Shown piece by piece: positions 1 to 10,884 of a stretch of 64,000 bases of DNA. The notes under the pieces are model-generated. The model was not told the DNA's origin. It was given only the letters and a program-made list of their open reading frames with translations, and searched no databases. Source of the DNA: an uncultured delta proteobacterium (GTDB lineage Bacteria > Desulfobacterota > Syntrophobacteria > Syntrophobacterales > Syntrophobacteraceae); assembly GCA_963808625.1 (NCBI GenBank), contig CAWEHK010000021.1, positions 32,001-96,000 on the forward strand. Reading direction: 5' to 3'. The translations under genes were made by a program, and so were the position numbers. Numbering within the stretch: position 1 is the first letter of the stretch; every line of letters begins with the position of its first letter.

Positions 1-342
1 ACACCGGCCAATGATTTGATGGAAACCAAAGGCATCAAGGCCGTTTTTGGCCGGCGGGCCTATCAGATACCGGTCAGCTCGACCAAGTCCATGATCGGCC
101 ATACCCTGGGGGCCGCCGGCGCCATCGAAGGGGTGGCGGCGCTGCTGGCGATCCATCACCACTTCATTCCGCCGACGATCCACCTCGAGACACCCGACCC
201 CCAATGCGACCTGGATTTCGTTACGGACGGCGCCCGTGCGTCCGACATCAACATCGTGCTCTCCAACTCCTTTGCCTTCGGAGGCAACAACACCGTGGTG
301 GTTTTCGGCAAATTCACCGATTCGGGGTTCCCCATGCTTAGG
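1..342 (+). CDS. Beta-ketoacyl-ACP synthase (FabF-like KS), C-terminal part; 5' end lies outside the window
   Basis: Frame 1 reads TPANDLMETKGIKAVFG..STKSMIGHTLGAAGAIE..LSNSFAFGGNN, typical KS C-terminal motifs. As written it runs in frame into the next domain. One indel would end it at TAG 340-342, overlapping the next ATG. Confidence 0.85.
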
Positions 343-1554
343 CGGGTAGTGGTGACCGGTGTCGGTCTGGTCACGCCGCTCGGCGTGGGCAAGGATGTTT
401 TCACGCGGCAGCTCTTCGGCGGCCTTTCCGGCATTCGACCCATCACCCTTTTCGACACCGCCCGCTTTGATGCCAAATTGGGGGCTCAGGTCCGGGACTT
501 CACCCCGCAGGATTTCATCCGTCCCGCAACCCTGCGGCGCATGGATCGGTTGTCGCAAATGGCCACCGCAGCGGCGCGCATGGCCCTCGACGACGCCGGT
601 TTTCAAATCGGTCCGCACAACCGGGACCGGGTGGGTGTTGTGCTGGGGACCTGCTTCGGCGGTACCGATGTAGCCGCTCAATTCGGAAAGGTGCTCTTCA
701 CCGACAGCCCCAGGCGGGCCAACCCCATCCTCGTGCCAAACGTCGTGATGAACGCGCCGGCCGGACATGCGGCCATCGAACTGGGCGTCCGGGGTGTCAA
801 CACCACCGTCAACCACCGCGAGGTGTCGGCGGAGACGGCCATGGCCTATGCCGCGGCCGAGATTGGGCGGGGGCGCGCCGAGGTCATTCTCACGGGCGGC
901 GGCGAGATCATTTCGGAATTCTATTTTAACGTGCTGACCCACTTCCGCACCCTTTCTCCCCAGAAAGGCGGGCCGGAGGGGATTCGGCCCTTCGATGCCC
1001 GGCGCAACGGCACCATTGTCGGCGAGGGCGCGGGTATTGTCTGCCTCGAATCCCTGGAAAGCGCCGAAGCCCGGGGGGCCATCCCCTACTGCGAAATCGC
1101 GGGCTGGGGTCTGAGCGCCGCACCGGCCGGCCCCAACGATTGGCCGACGGACCCGGCCGGGCCGTCCCTGGCCATGACCAGGGCCCTGGCGGCCGCCCGG
1201 ATCGCTCCCGACGACATCGATTATGTCTGCGCGGCCGCCAACGGCGGGCGCCGGTCGGATCGACTCGAGGCCGAAGCCTTGGGCGCGGTTTTCGCCCAGC
1301 CGGGCCGTCAACCCCGCATCAGCGCCATCAAAGGCTCACTGGGCGAAAGTTTTTCGTCCGGCGGGATGCGCGCGGCAGCCATGGCGTTGTCCATCCAAAA
1401 TCAAACCCCGGCCCCCACCCTGGGGCTCTCCCAACCGATCTCGCCGCTGCACTTCGTCGTTAAAGCCGAAACCCGGGTTCCCATCCGTTACGGCCTGATC
1501 AACGGCATCTCGTCCGGCGGCACTTTTGCGGCGGTCATCATGAAGAATATTTGA
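334..1554 (+). CDS. Non-catalytic KS / chain-length-factor-like subunit
   Basis: KS N-terminus MLRRVVVTGVGLVTPLG. The catalytic Cys region reads NHREVS and the His motifs read CAAANGG and GESFSS, so the triad is lost. Confidence 0.8.
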   Translation: MLRRVVVTGVGLVTPLGVGKDVFTRQLFGGLSGIRPITLFDTARFDAKLGAQVRDFTPQDFIRPATLRRMDRLSQMATAAARMALDDAGFQIGPHNRDRVGVVLGTCFGGTDVAAQFGKVLFTDSPRRANPILVPNVVMNAPAGHAAIELGVRGVNTTVNHREVSAETAMAYAAAEIGRGRAEVILTGGGEIISEFYFNVLTHFRTLSPQKGGPEGIRPFDARRNGTIVGEGAGIVCLESLESAEARGAIPYCEIAGWGLSAAPAGPNDWPTDPAGPSLAMTRALAAARIAPDDIDYVCAAANGGRRSDRLEAEALGAVFAQPGRQPRISAIKGSLGESFSSGGMRAAAMALSIQNQTPAPTLGLSQPISPLHFVVKAETRVPIRYGLINGISSGGTFAAVIMKNI

Positions 1555-1729
1555 AGTCGTCATCCCCGTTGCGCTCATGCTGGGCATCGGAATTCCGGCC
1601 AACGAGATATGCCCACTCCATTGCCCGAAGAAGTCGGGGTTGGCGCTGCCGCAAGGCGCAACGCCCAGAGGCTATGCCGATAGACATTTTGAACCCGATA
1701 CCCAAAATTTTCATGAGGAAGGAAAGCGC

Positions 1730-2890
1730 ATGCAAAGCAGCCTCTCTGTTGTGGCCGTGAATGGTTCGCCGCACACCGGCGCTGGAAATACAGCGTTGAT
1801 GCTGGCGATGATCGGGGATTCCCTGGACCGGCTCGGGCTAAGACTGGAGGTCATCCATCTCGCCGACCACGTCATCGAATACTGCGTAGGATGCGGCTTT
1901 TGCATTGAAAACGGCAAATGCTGGGTGCCTGACGATCATGCGGCCATCCTCGATCGACTGCTCGCCGCCGACGCAGTCATTCTCGCATCCCCGGTTTATT
2001 TTTTTCATGTCACCGCCCAAACGAAGACGTTCCTGGATCGCAGCCTGGTTCTGGGCCATCGGCCTCGACCCACATGGAAACCGGGGCTGGCCGTATCGGT
2101 CTCGGCCGGGGCTGGTGAAACCCAAGTCGCGGATTATCTGGCTGGAATGCTCCGCGTCTACGGGGCGTTTCCCGTGGGGAGTCTGACCGCCTTGGCGACC
2201 GTGCCCGGAGGGTTCGTCGGCAAAGATGCGGTGGCGGCTCGTGCAGAGGATCTTGCAGGGGACCTGGCGCGGGCGATCAGGGAAAAGCGCCGCTATCCGG
2301 CAACGGAAATGGACCTTCGATATTACCACTTCATGTCCGCCCTCATCCGCGAAAACCGCGATGCGGTGATGAAGAACGATTTCGACTATTGGGAAGAGAC
2401 CGGATTGAATCAAGGATTTGCAGCCTATCTCCAGCAGCAGCGGGAAACGACGGCCCCCCGCGACCCGGAACTCCGCAAGGCATGGATGAAGGAATTGACG
2501 GCGGAGTACGCCAAGAAGCGTTCCCTCAGGGGAACCCCCAAGTCGAAACCGACCCCCGATGGGTCCTCGCCTGCCAAAACCTGCCGTGAACTCTTGCAGA
2601 TCATGCCCGCCATCCTTGATCGGTCGGCGGCGAAGGGGTTGCATGCCGTTTACGAATTCCAGGTGTCGGGTGAAGAAGTCTTCAGCGCTCATTTAAGAAT
2701 CGAAGATGGGACCTGCACCTATGCTGAAGGGCCGGCGGACAGCCCGGACGTGGTCATCAAGACACCGGCGAGCGTGTGGTTGGCGATATCAAGAGGTGAA
2801 CTCGACGGTCAAACGGCTTTCCTGAGCCGCAAATTCACCGTCGAGGGGAATCTGACGCTGCTCTTTAAGATGAAGACGCTGTTCCATTGA
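1730..2890 (+). CDS. Iron-sulfur flavoprotein (FMN reductase/flavodoxin-like) fused to a C-terminal SCP2 sterol/lipid-binding domain
   Basis: VNGSP, CVGCGFCIENGKC and ADAVILASPVY motifs. The C-terminal YEFQVSG..ADSPDVVIK..GELDGQTAFLSRKFTVEGNL is SCP2-like. ATG 1730 follows GAAGGAAAG. Confidence 0.85.
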   Translation: MQSSLSVVAVNGSPHTGAGNTALMLAMIGDSLDRLGLRLEVIHLADHVIEYCVGCGFCIENGKCWVPDDHAAILDRLLAADAVILASPVYFFHVTAQTKTFLDRSLVLGHRPRPTWKPGLAVSVSAGAGETQVADYLAGMLRVYGAFPVGSLTALATVPGGFVGKDAVAARAEDLAGDLARAIREKRRYPATEMDLRYYHFMSALIRENRDAVMKNDFDYWEETGLNQGFAAYLQQQRETTAPRDPELRKAWMKELTAEYAKKRSLRGTPKSKPTPDGSSPAKTCRELLQIMPAILDRSAAKGLHAVYEFQVSGEEVFSAHLRIEDGTCTYAEGPADSPDVVIKTPASVWLAISRGELDGQTAFLSRKFTVEGNLTLLFKMKTLFH

Positions 2891-3123
2891 CACCCATGCG
2901 GGGTAAAATTACCGTAATGGTATTCAAAAAATAATGATTGTGTATTGGGTTGCCCCAAGCTAATATGAATGATTGAGGTTATTTTACGCTGGTTTGGAAA
3001 GCCGGTGGGGACGGCTGTGTTAGAGAGAGCCCGGTTCGCAATCCGGCCGCTTCCCGCAGGATAAGCAACCGGTCTTCATGAAGCGGCCCGGCAATAAGAG
3101 TGGGTGCCATTGAGGAATAGAGC

Positions 3124-3546
3124 ATGCAGCAGCGAGACGTGCCCCAGGACGAAGGATTGAACCTGGGGATGCGGGAGATCACTTACGCTATCGATGAAAA
3201 CGGCCGCTACGTTGGCGTTCCGAGCCTGGGGTGGGAACCGAAGAATATCGCCAACGCCCAGGCATGGGAAGTGATTGCTGAAAATATCAAGAGCGAAGCC
3301 CGCCTGGTCAGGGATGGCAAGCGAAGCCCCCTGGCCTATCATTTGGCCAGGCATCTCATGACGGTCGGCTTGGCCGCCAGTTATGTTCGCCTGCCCCGCT
3401 GGCGCGTGAAGCGCCATCTCAAGCCCTCGGTTTTCAACCGGCTAAAACCGGAGATCATGCAGCGATACGCCGATCTATTCGGCCTTACCCTCGCGGAATT
3501 CAAGCAAATCCCCGAAGCAGACGTTAATTTACTGGACCAGGAATAG
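3124..3546 (+). CDS. Conserved hypothetical protein (VPQD N-terminus) of the kind found beside BtrH-like genes in flexirubin/resorcinol clusters
   Basis: 140-aa ORF with SD GAGGA. The family link is from recall of MxxxDVPQD..YAIDENG..GWEP. Confidence 0.6.
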   Translation: MQQRDVPQDEGLNLGMREITYAIDENGRYVGVPSLGWEPKNIANAQAWEVIAENIKSEARLVRDGKRSPLAYHLARHLMTVGLAASYVRLPRWRVKRHLKPSVFNRLKPEIMQRYADLFGLTLAEFKQIPEADVNLLDQE

Positions 3547-3553
3547 CTCTGAC

Positions 3554-4567
3554 ATGGAAATACCTTTCAACCACCGTCAATCGGCTCACTGCGAGACCGG
3601 TGTTCTTACGAATTTGCTGTACCACTACGGGTTGAACATCAGCGAGTCGATGGTTTTCGGCATTGGTTCCGGCCTCTTTTTCGGTTATTTCCCATTTATC
3701 CGCATCAATCGCCTGCCCCTTACGGCATTCAGAGTCCGCACGGGCGGCATCATGAAACGGGCCGTCAAACGCCTGGGCGTTTCGCTTGCCTGGGAAAAAT
3801 TCAGAAGCCCCGAAAAAGCGATGGCGGTTCTGGACCAGAAACTGGTCGACGCGGTCCCGGTCGGGTGCCGCACCGGAGCCTATTGGCTGAGTTACTTCCC
3901 CAGACGGTACCGGTTCCACTTCAACATGCACAACCTGGTCGTGTTCGGCAAACAAAACGGCAGCTACCTCGTCAGCGACCCGGTTTTCCCCGAACCCGTT
4001 CTCTGCCCGCATGACGACCTGATGAAGGCCCGGTTTGCCCGCGGCCCGATGCCGCCCAAAGGCCGGATGTATTATGTGACCCATGTGCCTTCGCAGCCGA
4101 ACCTCTCCGAAGCGGTCCGCCGGGGGATCAAAGAGGTTTGCCGCACCATGCTGAAGGCCCCGGGACCGTTTCTGGGGGTCAAGGGCATTCGATACCTGGC
4201 AAAAAATGTCGAATCATGGGCGCACAAGATGGAGGCGCGCGAGGCCGCGCTCCGCCTGGGGCAGGTCATCCGGATGCAGGAGGAGATCGGGACCGGCGGC
4301 GGTGGGTTTCGCTTCATCTACGCCGCCTTCTTGCAGGAGGCGGCCGGCCTCCTGAACGATGACCATCTTCAGCGGCTGTCTGACCGCATGACCGAGGTGG
4401 GGGACCTGTGGCGCGAGTTTGCGCTCATCGGGTCGCGGATTTGCAAGCAGCGCGCCGGTGAAACGGAGACTTATGCCGCGCTGGCGGCGATCCTGCGGCA
4501 ATGTGCGGACAAGGAAACCCGCCTCTATCAGGATCTCCTGGCACGCATGGACCAGGTGTCGGCATGA
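3554..4567 (+). CDS. BtrH N-terminal/DUF4872 (peptidase C39-like) protein
   Basis: HRQSAHCETG (Cys), FNMHNLVV (His), VSDP (Asp) and EEIGTGGGGFR motifs. Confidence 0.8.
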   Translation: MEIPFNHRQSAHCETGVLTNLLYHYGLNISESMVFGIGSGLFFGYFPFIRINRLPLTAFRVRTGGIMKRAVKRLGVSLAWEKFRSPEKAMAVLDQKLVDAVPVGCRTGAYWLSYFPRRYRFHFNMHNLVVFGKQNGSYLVSDPVFPEPVLCPHDDLMKARFARGPMPPKGRMYYVTHVPSQPNLSEAVRRGIKEVCRTMLKAPGPFLGVKGIRYLAKNVESWAHKMEAREAALRLGQVIRMQEEIGTGGGGFRFIYAAFLQEAAGLLNDDHLQRLSDRMTEVGDLWREFALIGSRICKQRAGETETYAALAAILRQCADKETRLYQDLLARMDQVSA

Positions 4568-4830
4568 TCGGCGGCATGACCCTCAAAGACCAGCTCAAGA
4601 AACTCATCGTGGAAGACCTGAACCTCGATCAGGTCCTGCCGGAAGAAATCGGTGACGACGAGCCGCTGTTTGGCGACCGGTACGGGCTGGACTCGATCGA
4701 CGCCGTCGAACTGGTCTTCCAGCTCAAGAAACATTTCGGGGTCGTTATCAAGAACCAGAGTGAGGGCCGCTCGATTCTTCAAAGCGTGAACACCATTTGC
4801 GCATTCATTGAAAAAAGGCAGGGGGCATGA
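4564..4830 (+). CDS. Acyl carrier protein 1
   Basis: GLDSIDAVEL phosphopantetheine motif. The ATG overlaps the upstream stop (ATGA); alternative start at 4576. Confidence 0.9.
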   Translation: MIGGMTLKDQLKKLIVEDLNLDQVLPEEIGDDEPLFGDRYGLDSIDAVELVFQLKKHFGVVIKNQSEGRSILQSVNTICAFIEKRQGA

Positions 4831-6021
4831 ACCGCCAGCGGCCTGTCTCCGTCAGCGGCATGGGCTGTATCTGCGCCGCCGGCAGGGATCTCCCTGACTG
4901 CATGGAGGCCCTTTTCAGCCGGGCCCCGATACCCGCGCCGCCGCGCTCGCTTCCCGGGGCGCAGCATCCGGTCTTTGAAGTGCCCGATCGGTTTCTGCCG
5001 GCTTCCGATTCCCCCAATCTGGCAATGGTCCGAGCCGTCCGCCTGGCCTTGACGGCAACGCATGAAGCGCTCACGGATGCCGGTCTGACCCCGGCGGCGC
5101 TGCGGAAAAAACGGGTCGGCGTCGTGATCGGCACCAATGTCGGCAGCGGCGTGAGCAACCGAGCCCTCCAGAAAGACTTGATCGGGATCGATTGCAGTTC
5201 CTTGTCGCCGGCCGAGCGTTTCCTGATCGTCAACCCGGCGCAATGGCTCACCCGTCATTTCGAGCTCTCGGGACCGCATGTCACGATCGTCAACGCGTGC
5301 TCTGCCGGGGGCGATGCCATTGGCCTGGCCGGGACCTGGATTCGCTCGGGACGATGCGATGTGGTCCTTGCCGGAGGCACGGACGCCCTCTACGAAGTCA
5401 CGTATTACGGGTTTGCGGCCCTGTTGAACAGCGACACCACCGCCTGCAAACCCTTTGATTTGCATCGCAACGGTCTGAACCTGGGCGAAGGGGCCGCGAT
5501 GATGGTGCTTGAGTCAGAGGCCATGCTGGCGAACCGGGGCAGGAAGGCCCGGGCTTTTCTCGCGGGCTACGGAACGGCGGCCGATGCCTACCACCTCACC
5601 GCGCCGCATCCGGAAGGCAGCGGGCTCCGCATTGCCGTGCAGGATGCCCTCACCGCGGCCGGTTGCTCCCCGTCGGACATCGCCTTTATCAATGCGCACG
5701 GGACCGGCACCCGCGAAAACGACCGGGTCGAATCTTTCTTTTTCCAGCAAATGTTTCCGGGGGTACCGTTCGGGTCGACCAAGGGCTATACCGGCCACAC
5801 GCTCGGGGCTGCGGGCGCCATCGAAGCGGCTTTCACGGTCGCTTCTCTTGAACAACAGAAGATCCCCGCAAACAATGGGTTTACCACTCCCGACCCCGAG
5901 TTGCCGGTCCATCCCGTCATGGAACCCACCGAGATCTAGCGGCTCCACTGCGCTTTCCCAGACCCTGGCGTTCGGGGGCAACAACAGCGTGTTGGTTTTC
6001 ACCACGGGAAGAGGCGCATGA
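4827..6021 (+). CDS. Beta-ketoacyl-ACP synthase, catalytic (frameshift near 5937)
   Basis: NACSAG, AHGTGT and GHTLGAAG give an intact triad. The terminal ALSQTLAFGGNN lies in another frame (ORF 5509-6021). Confidence 0.85.
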
Positions 6022-7056
6022 AAACTTTCATCAGGGGAGCCGGTGTCGTCGGGGGGTTCGGCTGCCGGCTGTCAAGCCTGGAAGAAGCCATTCGCAGCCA
6101 CCCCGCTCCTGATTCGGATCCCGCAGCCTCGGGTTCGAGCGCCGAAGGGTCTGCCGTCCCGGCGTTCACGGCGAGGACCGACTTGCTGGATAAGTTGGTC
6201 CCGCCCCGGACCCTGCGCCGCGTGGACCACTATGCCCGAATGGCCATTCTGGCCTGTCATCTCGCCCTCGAAGATGCGGCGATGGGTAAGCGGGTTGCCG
6301 GAAAATACCGGTCTTATCGTCGCTACCGGGATGGGGCCGACGGCAAACACCTTGGACCTGCAAGCCGCCGACGTCGCGGCAACCGACCTCGCGCTCTCGC
6401 CCATTTTGTTTTCGAATTCGGTGCAGAATGCTGCCGCAGCATACATTTCGATGCTGCTGAAGATCCGGGGGCCAAGCCTCTCGATCAACCAGTACGAGTT
6501 GTCCGTGCCGCTCGCTTTTCAAACGGCGCTCGACTGGCTCGAAGAGGGCCGCACCGAAACGGTTCTGGTCGGCAGCATCGACTGTTTTTCAAAAGCCCTC
6601 CACGAGGCCTCTCTGAACTGCCGGGATTTAAATAATGGGGACGGGGGCCAAAGGGCGGTGCCGGTCGGCGAAGGAAGCGCGTTTTTTGTTCTCACCCGGC
6701 TGGGGGCGCAAGACATCCGATGCCCCTTCGTGCATCATGTCCATATGGGGAGGGCGTGCCGAGAAGATGGGGTACTCATCCCGAACACACCGATCCTGCA
6801 TAGCGGCCATTGCAGGAACACCGACTTCATGGGGCAGATTCGCGTGCATGCGTCTTTCGCTCACCTCTACGGGACCTTCCCTACCAGCATGGGCATGGAC
6901 GTTGCCGCAGCGCTGCTCCTGCTGAGAACGGAGCAACTCCTGAGCGCATCGTTGCCGCAGTTCGAAGGCGGACGCGCGTTCCATGAAAATCCCCGGATCG
7001 CCTGCTTGAAACAAGGGGAAACCGGTGACTGGGGCATGGTCGTCATCGGCCGATAG
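6018..7056 (+). CDS. Chain-length-factor-like KS N-terminal-domain protein (frameshift near 6285)
   Basis: LRRVDHYARMA in one frame, then SPILFSNSVQNAAA..GEGSAFFVL in the next. No catalytic Cys. Confidence 0.7.
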
Positions 7057-7079
7057 ACGGGAGAAGCGGTTTCCCGCTG

Positions 7080-8224
7080 CTATGCTTCGACTGTGAGCCA
7101 GGCGAAGCCGTGGGAAAACCGCCCGCTTTCGGGGATGAAGCAAAGCAGGTTCTGGCCGGGCTGGAGCTTGTCCGAGTGAAACAACTCCTCCAGGATGATG
7201 AAAATGGCGGCGCTTCCGGTATTCCCTTTTTCCGAAAGATTCGAGACCCACTTGCTCTCGGGCACTTCAAATCCGATCCGTTTCATTTCATCGTAGAATT
7301 TCGGGCGAAAATAGGCCGACGAATAGTGGGGCAGGAACCAATCCACCTGGTCGGGATGGAGACGGTGCTTCTGAACGACTTGCGAAAGAGCATCCCCCAT
7401 GGTTCGCACAATGTTCGCATCGAGGAGCTTGATATCCTGCCGGACTGAAAAGCGATGAGGCATCGCTTCCGGTTCGAACGCTTCGGTTTGCCGCCAGCCG
7501 ACAATGCTGCCGTCCGCCCGCTTCATCCCGCCGCCGTACATGCACGTCTCCAGAACGCCAGCGTAAGAGATCACATCGACCCATGACACCTTCAGGGAAA
7601 GTCCGTCTTTCCTTTTGCCTGCGGATAAGAACACCGCACCGGCTCCGTCCGAAAGCATCCACCTCAAGAAATCGGCGTCAAAAGCGCGCACCGGCCGCGT
7701 CTCGAGGTCGGCAACCCCATCGTAAAACGGGGTCAGGAATTGCGCCCGCATGTACGAAGAGGATAGTTCGGAACCGGTGGCCACCGCGTTCGAAGTCAGG
7801 CCGGCAGCGACACTCATGCACGCATATTTAAACGCTGTAATTCCGGCAAGACAAATGCCGGCGGTCGTCACCGCCTCGCACGCAGGGATTCCCAATTCCC
7901 CCAGTACCATGAGGGCGTGGCCGGGCAACAACAGGTCCGGACTCGTGGTGCCGCAACACAGGCATTGAATGTCACCCGGGACATACCCTTCATAGGGCTG
8001 CAGCCTGCGGACCGCCTCCGCCGTGAGCTGGGCATTGGTATGGGTCAGGCGACCCGATTCGGCGTCCAGGGCGTAATATCGCGGGTGATTTGATTGCTTT
8101 TGAGCACCAGTCGTTTGGCTTTGGAGGATACCCCCCGCACTTTTCCAAGAACATCCTCGATGGCATCGTTTGTCACCGGGCTGTTGGGAAGAACGGCCGA
8201 TACATCGTTGATAAATACATCCAT
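7080..8224 (-). CDS. DarB/StlD-type beta-ketoacyl synthase III (frameshift near 8085)
   Basis: GICLAG (Cys), FLPHYSS (His) and GNTGSA (Asn), plus FLRWMLSDGAGA and PESGRFS. The N-terminus MDVFIND..LPNSPVTND is in ORF 8045-8239. Confidence 0.85.
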
Positions 8225-8235
8225 GATCTTTTCTC

Positions 8236-9536
8236 TCACTCGTGGGATATATGCTTCAGAAAACGCTTCAGCATCGCCGCATAGGCCTGGTAGAAAAGCT
8301 TGGGCTCCATGCGCGTGGGGCAGACGGCATTGGTAAAGGTATAATAGTCCAGGTCGTGGATGGTGATTTTGTGTCTCATTTCCCGGTACAACGGGGTCCC
8401 GGGCAAGGGCGTCAGAATCGACGGCAGCGGCAGGTCGATGGCATGCGACGCCACAAAGCGCTCCAAAGCTTCGAAATCCGCCTCGGTGTATTCCGGAGTC
8501 ACGATGAAATCAGCAATGACCCGGATGCCCAGGTCCTCGAGTATGCCCAAGGCCTCGAGGTTGAGGGCAACCGAGCTTCGCTTCTGCAACCGCTCCAGCC
8601 CGGCATCAGTGATCTCCTCAAAGCCGATGACGGCCGCCGTCAGCCCGGCCTGTTTCCACAACCGGAGCAAGTCAGGATGCCGGCTCACCGTCTCCGCCCG
8701 CACATCAGCGATGAGTCGCTTTTTTCAACCCTGACTCAAGAATACACTGGCCCAGTTGGAGGGCACTCTCCGGGATCACCGAACGTGTTCGCATCCACCA
8801 GGCGAATGATCGGGACCTCCTCCAGCAGCTTCATGTCACGCAGGACCGCTGCCGGCCGGTGGGTGAGGTAGCGCCCGCCGGTCAGACTCGGGATGGAACA
8901 GAAAATACATCGGTGCGTACAGCCATAGGCCGTGGCGACGAAACCAACCTTCCCGCCCAGCCCACTTATCACATAATGGTCTCTGTGTGCAGCGACCAGG
9001 TCGTAGCGGGGAGGACGGTCATCAACGAGATCCTCGTGGGAATAGGCCCGCCGGACGTAATTCAGGCTCCCGCCCGGATTGGTTTTCGCGACGCCCGCGA
9101 TCCCGGAGCTGACCGTCCGGTTGGCGATGGCGTCGACCAGTTCCCTGAAACTGAGCTTGCCCAGGCCCACGACAATGTAATCGACGGCAGCATGGTTGAA
9201 AAACATGGGATCGCACGAGGCGTGATGGCCCCCCACCACGACCAGGGCATCGCGGTTGCGCTTGACCTCTGCTGCCAATCGCAACACGGTGTTGGCTTCA
9301 CAGACCACGCCGGTGAAACCGACCAGGTCGGGTTCAAAGTCGTCGAGGGTCTCTTCCAGTATATTCGGAGTCGCTTTCAAGTCGGCTATGGCGACGTCAT
9401 GCCCGTCCAAATTCCCGGCGATGACTTCCAGTGCCATGGGCTCGCCTCTGAAAAGCATCTTGATCGTATCGATCCCGTATTCTTCTTCGGGGATGCTTCT
9501 CCCGCAGTTGGGCGGGTTCACGAGGAGAATCTTCAT
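8236..9536 (-). CDS. Cobalamin-binding radical SAM protein (two apparent indels near 8720-8775)
   Basis: MKILLVNPP start, B12-binding segment VVVGGHHAS, CTHRCIFC (CX3CX2C), and C-terminal ILTPLPGTPLY. Confidence 0.85.
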
Positions 9537-9613
9537 ACCTTTACCATGTACTCGCTTATTATTCCTGCGGCAGCTGCAATGATGCTCGTTAAGGTCCAAA
9601 TGTTTATTTTTCC

Positions 9614-9682
9614 ACCGCAGAGGACACCGAGGCCGCAGAGAGAATCTTTGGTTTTCTATGCGATCTCAGCGTGCTCTGCGGT
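9614..9682. repeat. Intergenic imperfect palindrome (ACCGCAGAG...CTCTGCGGT)
   Basis: 9-bp arms plus weaker internal pairing. A related half-copy (CACGCGGAGGCGCGGAGAACGCAGAGA) lies near 60899-60925. Confidence 0.55.
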
Positions 9683-10183
9683 TAATTCCCAAGTCTGCCA
9701 CAATGAAGGTTATCAGCCTAAACGACTATACCCACGTCTCAGGCTTCAAAGCCATGAGACCAGGCGCTCTCATCCTCGGCCCGCCCGGAGCACGGCACGA
9801 GATCGGGCCGGTGAGCGCTTAGATCCCGGCGAGGCGGCCTCTTTTGTGAACCCTGAACCCTCGCTCCCGGAGTACTCACTCAGATCAACACCAACGGTCA
9901 ACCGCAAGATTGACTCACCAAGGCTTTGAGGTTAAAGATGCACGTTAAACTGCCAGACTGCCATCAATTAAGTGGGTAATTATATGGGTTGCGCAGGGAT
10001 ATTGCAAAGTGAATTTAGGTAAAAAAATCTCGCCCAACCAGCCAGGCACAAGCGACCGCAGCGAACCCCGACCGCTTTCGGCGAACGAACCACGACTCGA
10101 GGACGGCGGGCATCGCGCCTCAGGAACCATCTCCCCATACGAGCCTCCTTTGGGCCGAGAGACTCACCAAGACGTATCCGCAT

Positions 10184-10882
10184 ATGCCAACTCCCGCTCT
10201 CGCATCCTTCAGTTTGTCCATGGGGCCCGGGGAAATCGTGGGACTGCTGGGACCCAACGGTGCGGGAAAAACAACGGCCATCTCCCTGTTGACCGGGCTT
10301 TTGGCCCCGGATTCCGGCAGCGTGCACATTTGCGGTACCGATCTTTTCAAACACCCCAGGAAAGCACGGCAATGCATTGGGTTGGTTCCGCAGCACATCG
10401 CCTTGTATCCAAGCCTGACGGCTGCTGAAAACCTGTCGTATTTCGGCAGAATGTATCGCATCAGGGGGCGCGCATTGCAGGAGCGCATCGATGCCTGCCT
10501 GGAAATTGTGGGCCTCTCAAACAGCGCTCACGGCCGCATTGACGCGTTTTCCGGAGGCATGAAACGACGGGCCAATTTGGCTGTCGCCCTGCTGCATCAA
10601 CCCCGGCTGCTCTTCCTGGACGAACCGACGGCGGGAGTCGACCCGCAATCACGCAACATGATCTTAGACCGGCTTTCTGAACTGAGCCGCTCCGGAGTCA
10701 GCATGCTCTATACCACGCACTATATCGAAGAAGCCGAGAAGATCTGCTCTCGCATCGCCGTTATCGACGAAGGCCGCATCATCGCGCAAGGCAGCCCGAA
10801 GCAACTGGCACAAGCGCATCCGGACTGCAAGGACCTTGGCCAGCTCTTTCTCCGGTTGACCGGAAAAGACCTGCGGGATTGA
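10184..10882 (+). CDS. ABC-2 type exporter ATP-binding protein (true start probably further upstream)
   Basis: Walker A GPNGAGKT, signature FSGGMKRR, Walker B LLFLDEPT. The frame is open upstream (AERLTKTY) but has no start codon. Confidence 0.9.
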   Translation: MPTPALASFSLSMGPGEIVGLLGPNGAGKTTAISLLTGLLAPDSGSVHICGTDLFKHPRKARQCIGLVPQHIALYPSLTAAENLSYFGRMYRIRGRALQERIDACLEIVGLSNSAHGRIDAFSGGMKRRANLAVALLHQPRLLFLDEPTAGVDPQSRNMILDRLSELSRSGVSMLYTTHYIEEAEKICSRIAVIDEGRIIAQGSPKQLAQAHPDCKDLGQLFLRLTGKDLRD

Positions 10883-10884
10883 GC

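Noticed and set aside
1..1554. KS-CLF gene fusion (512-aa ORF)
   Set aside because: Not accepted as real. CATGCTTAG gives a typical overlapping stop/start if one base changes in GGGGTTCCCC, and the assembly is indel-prone.
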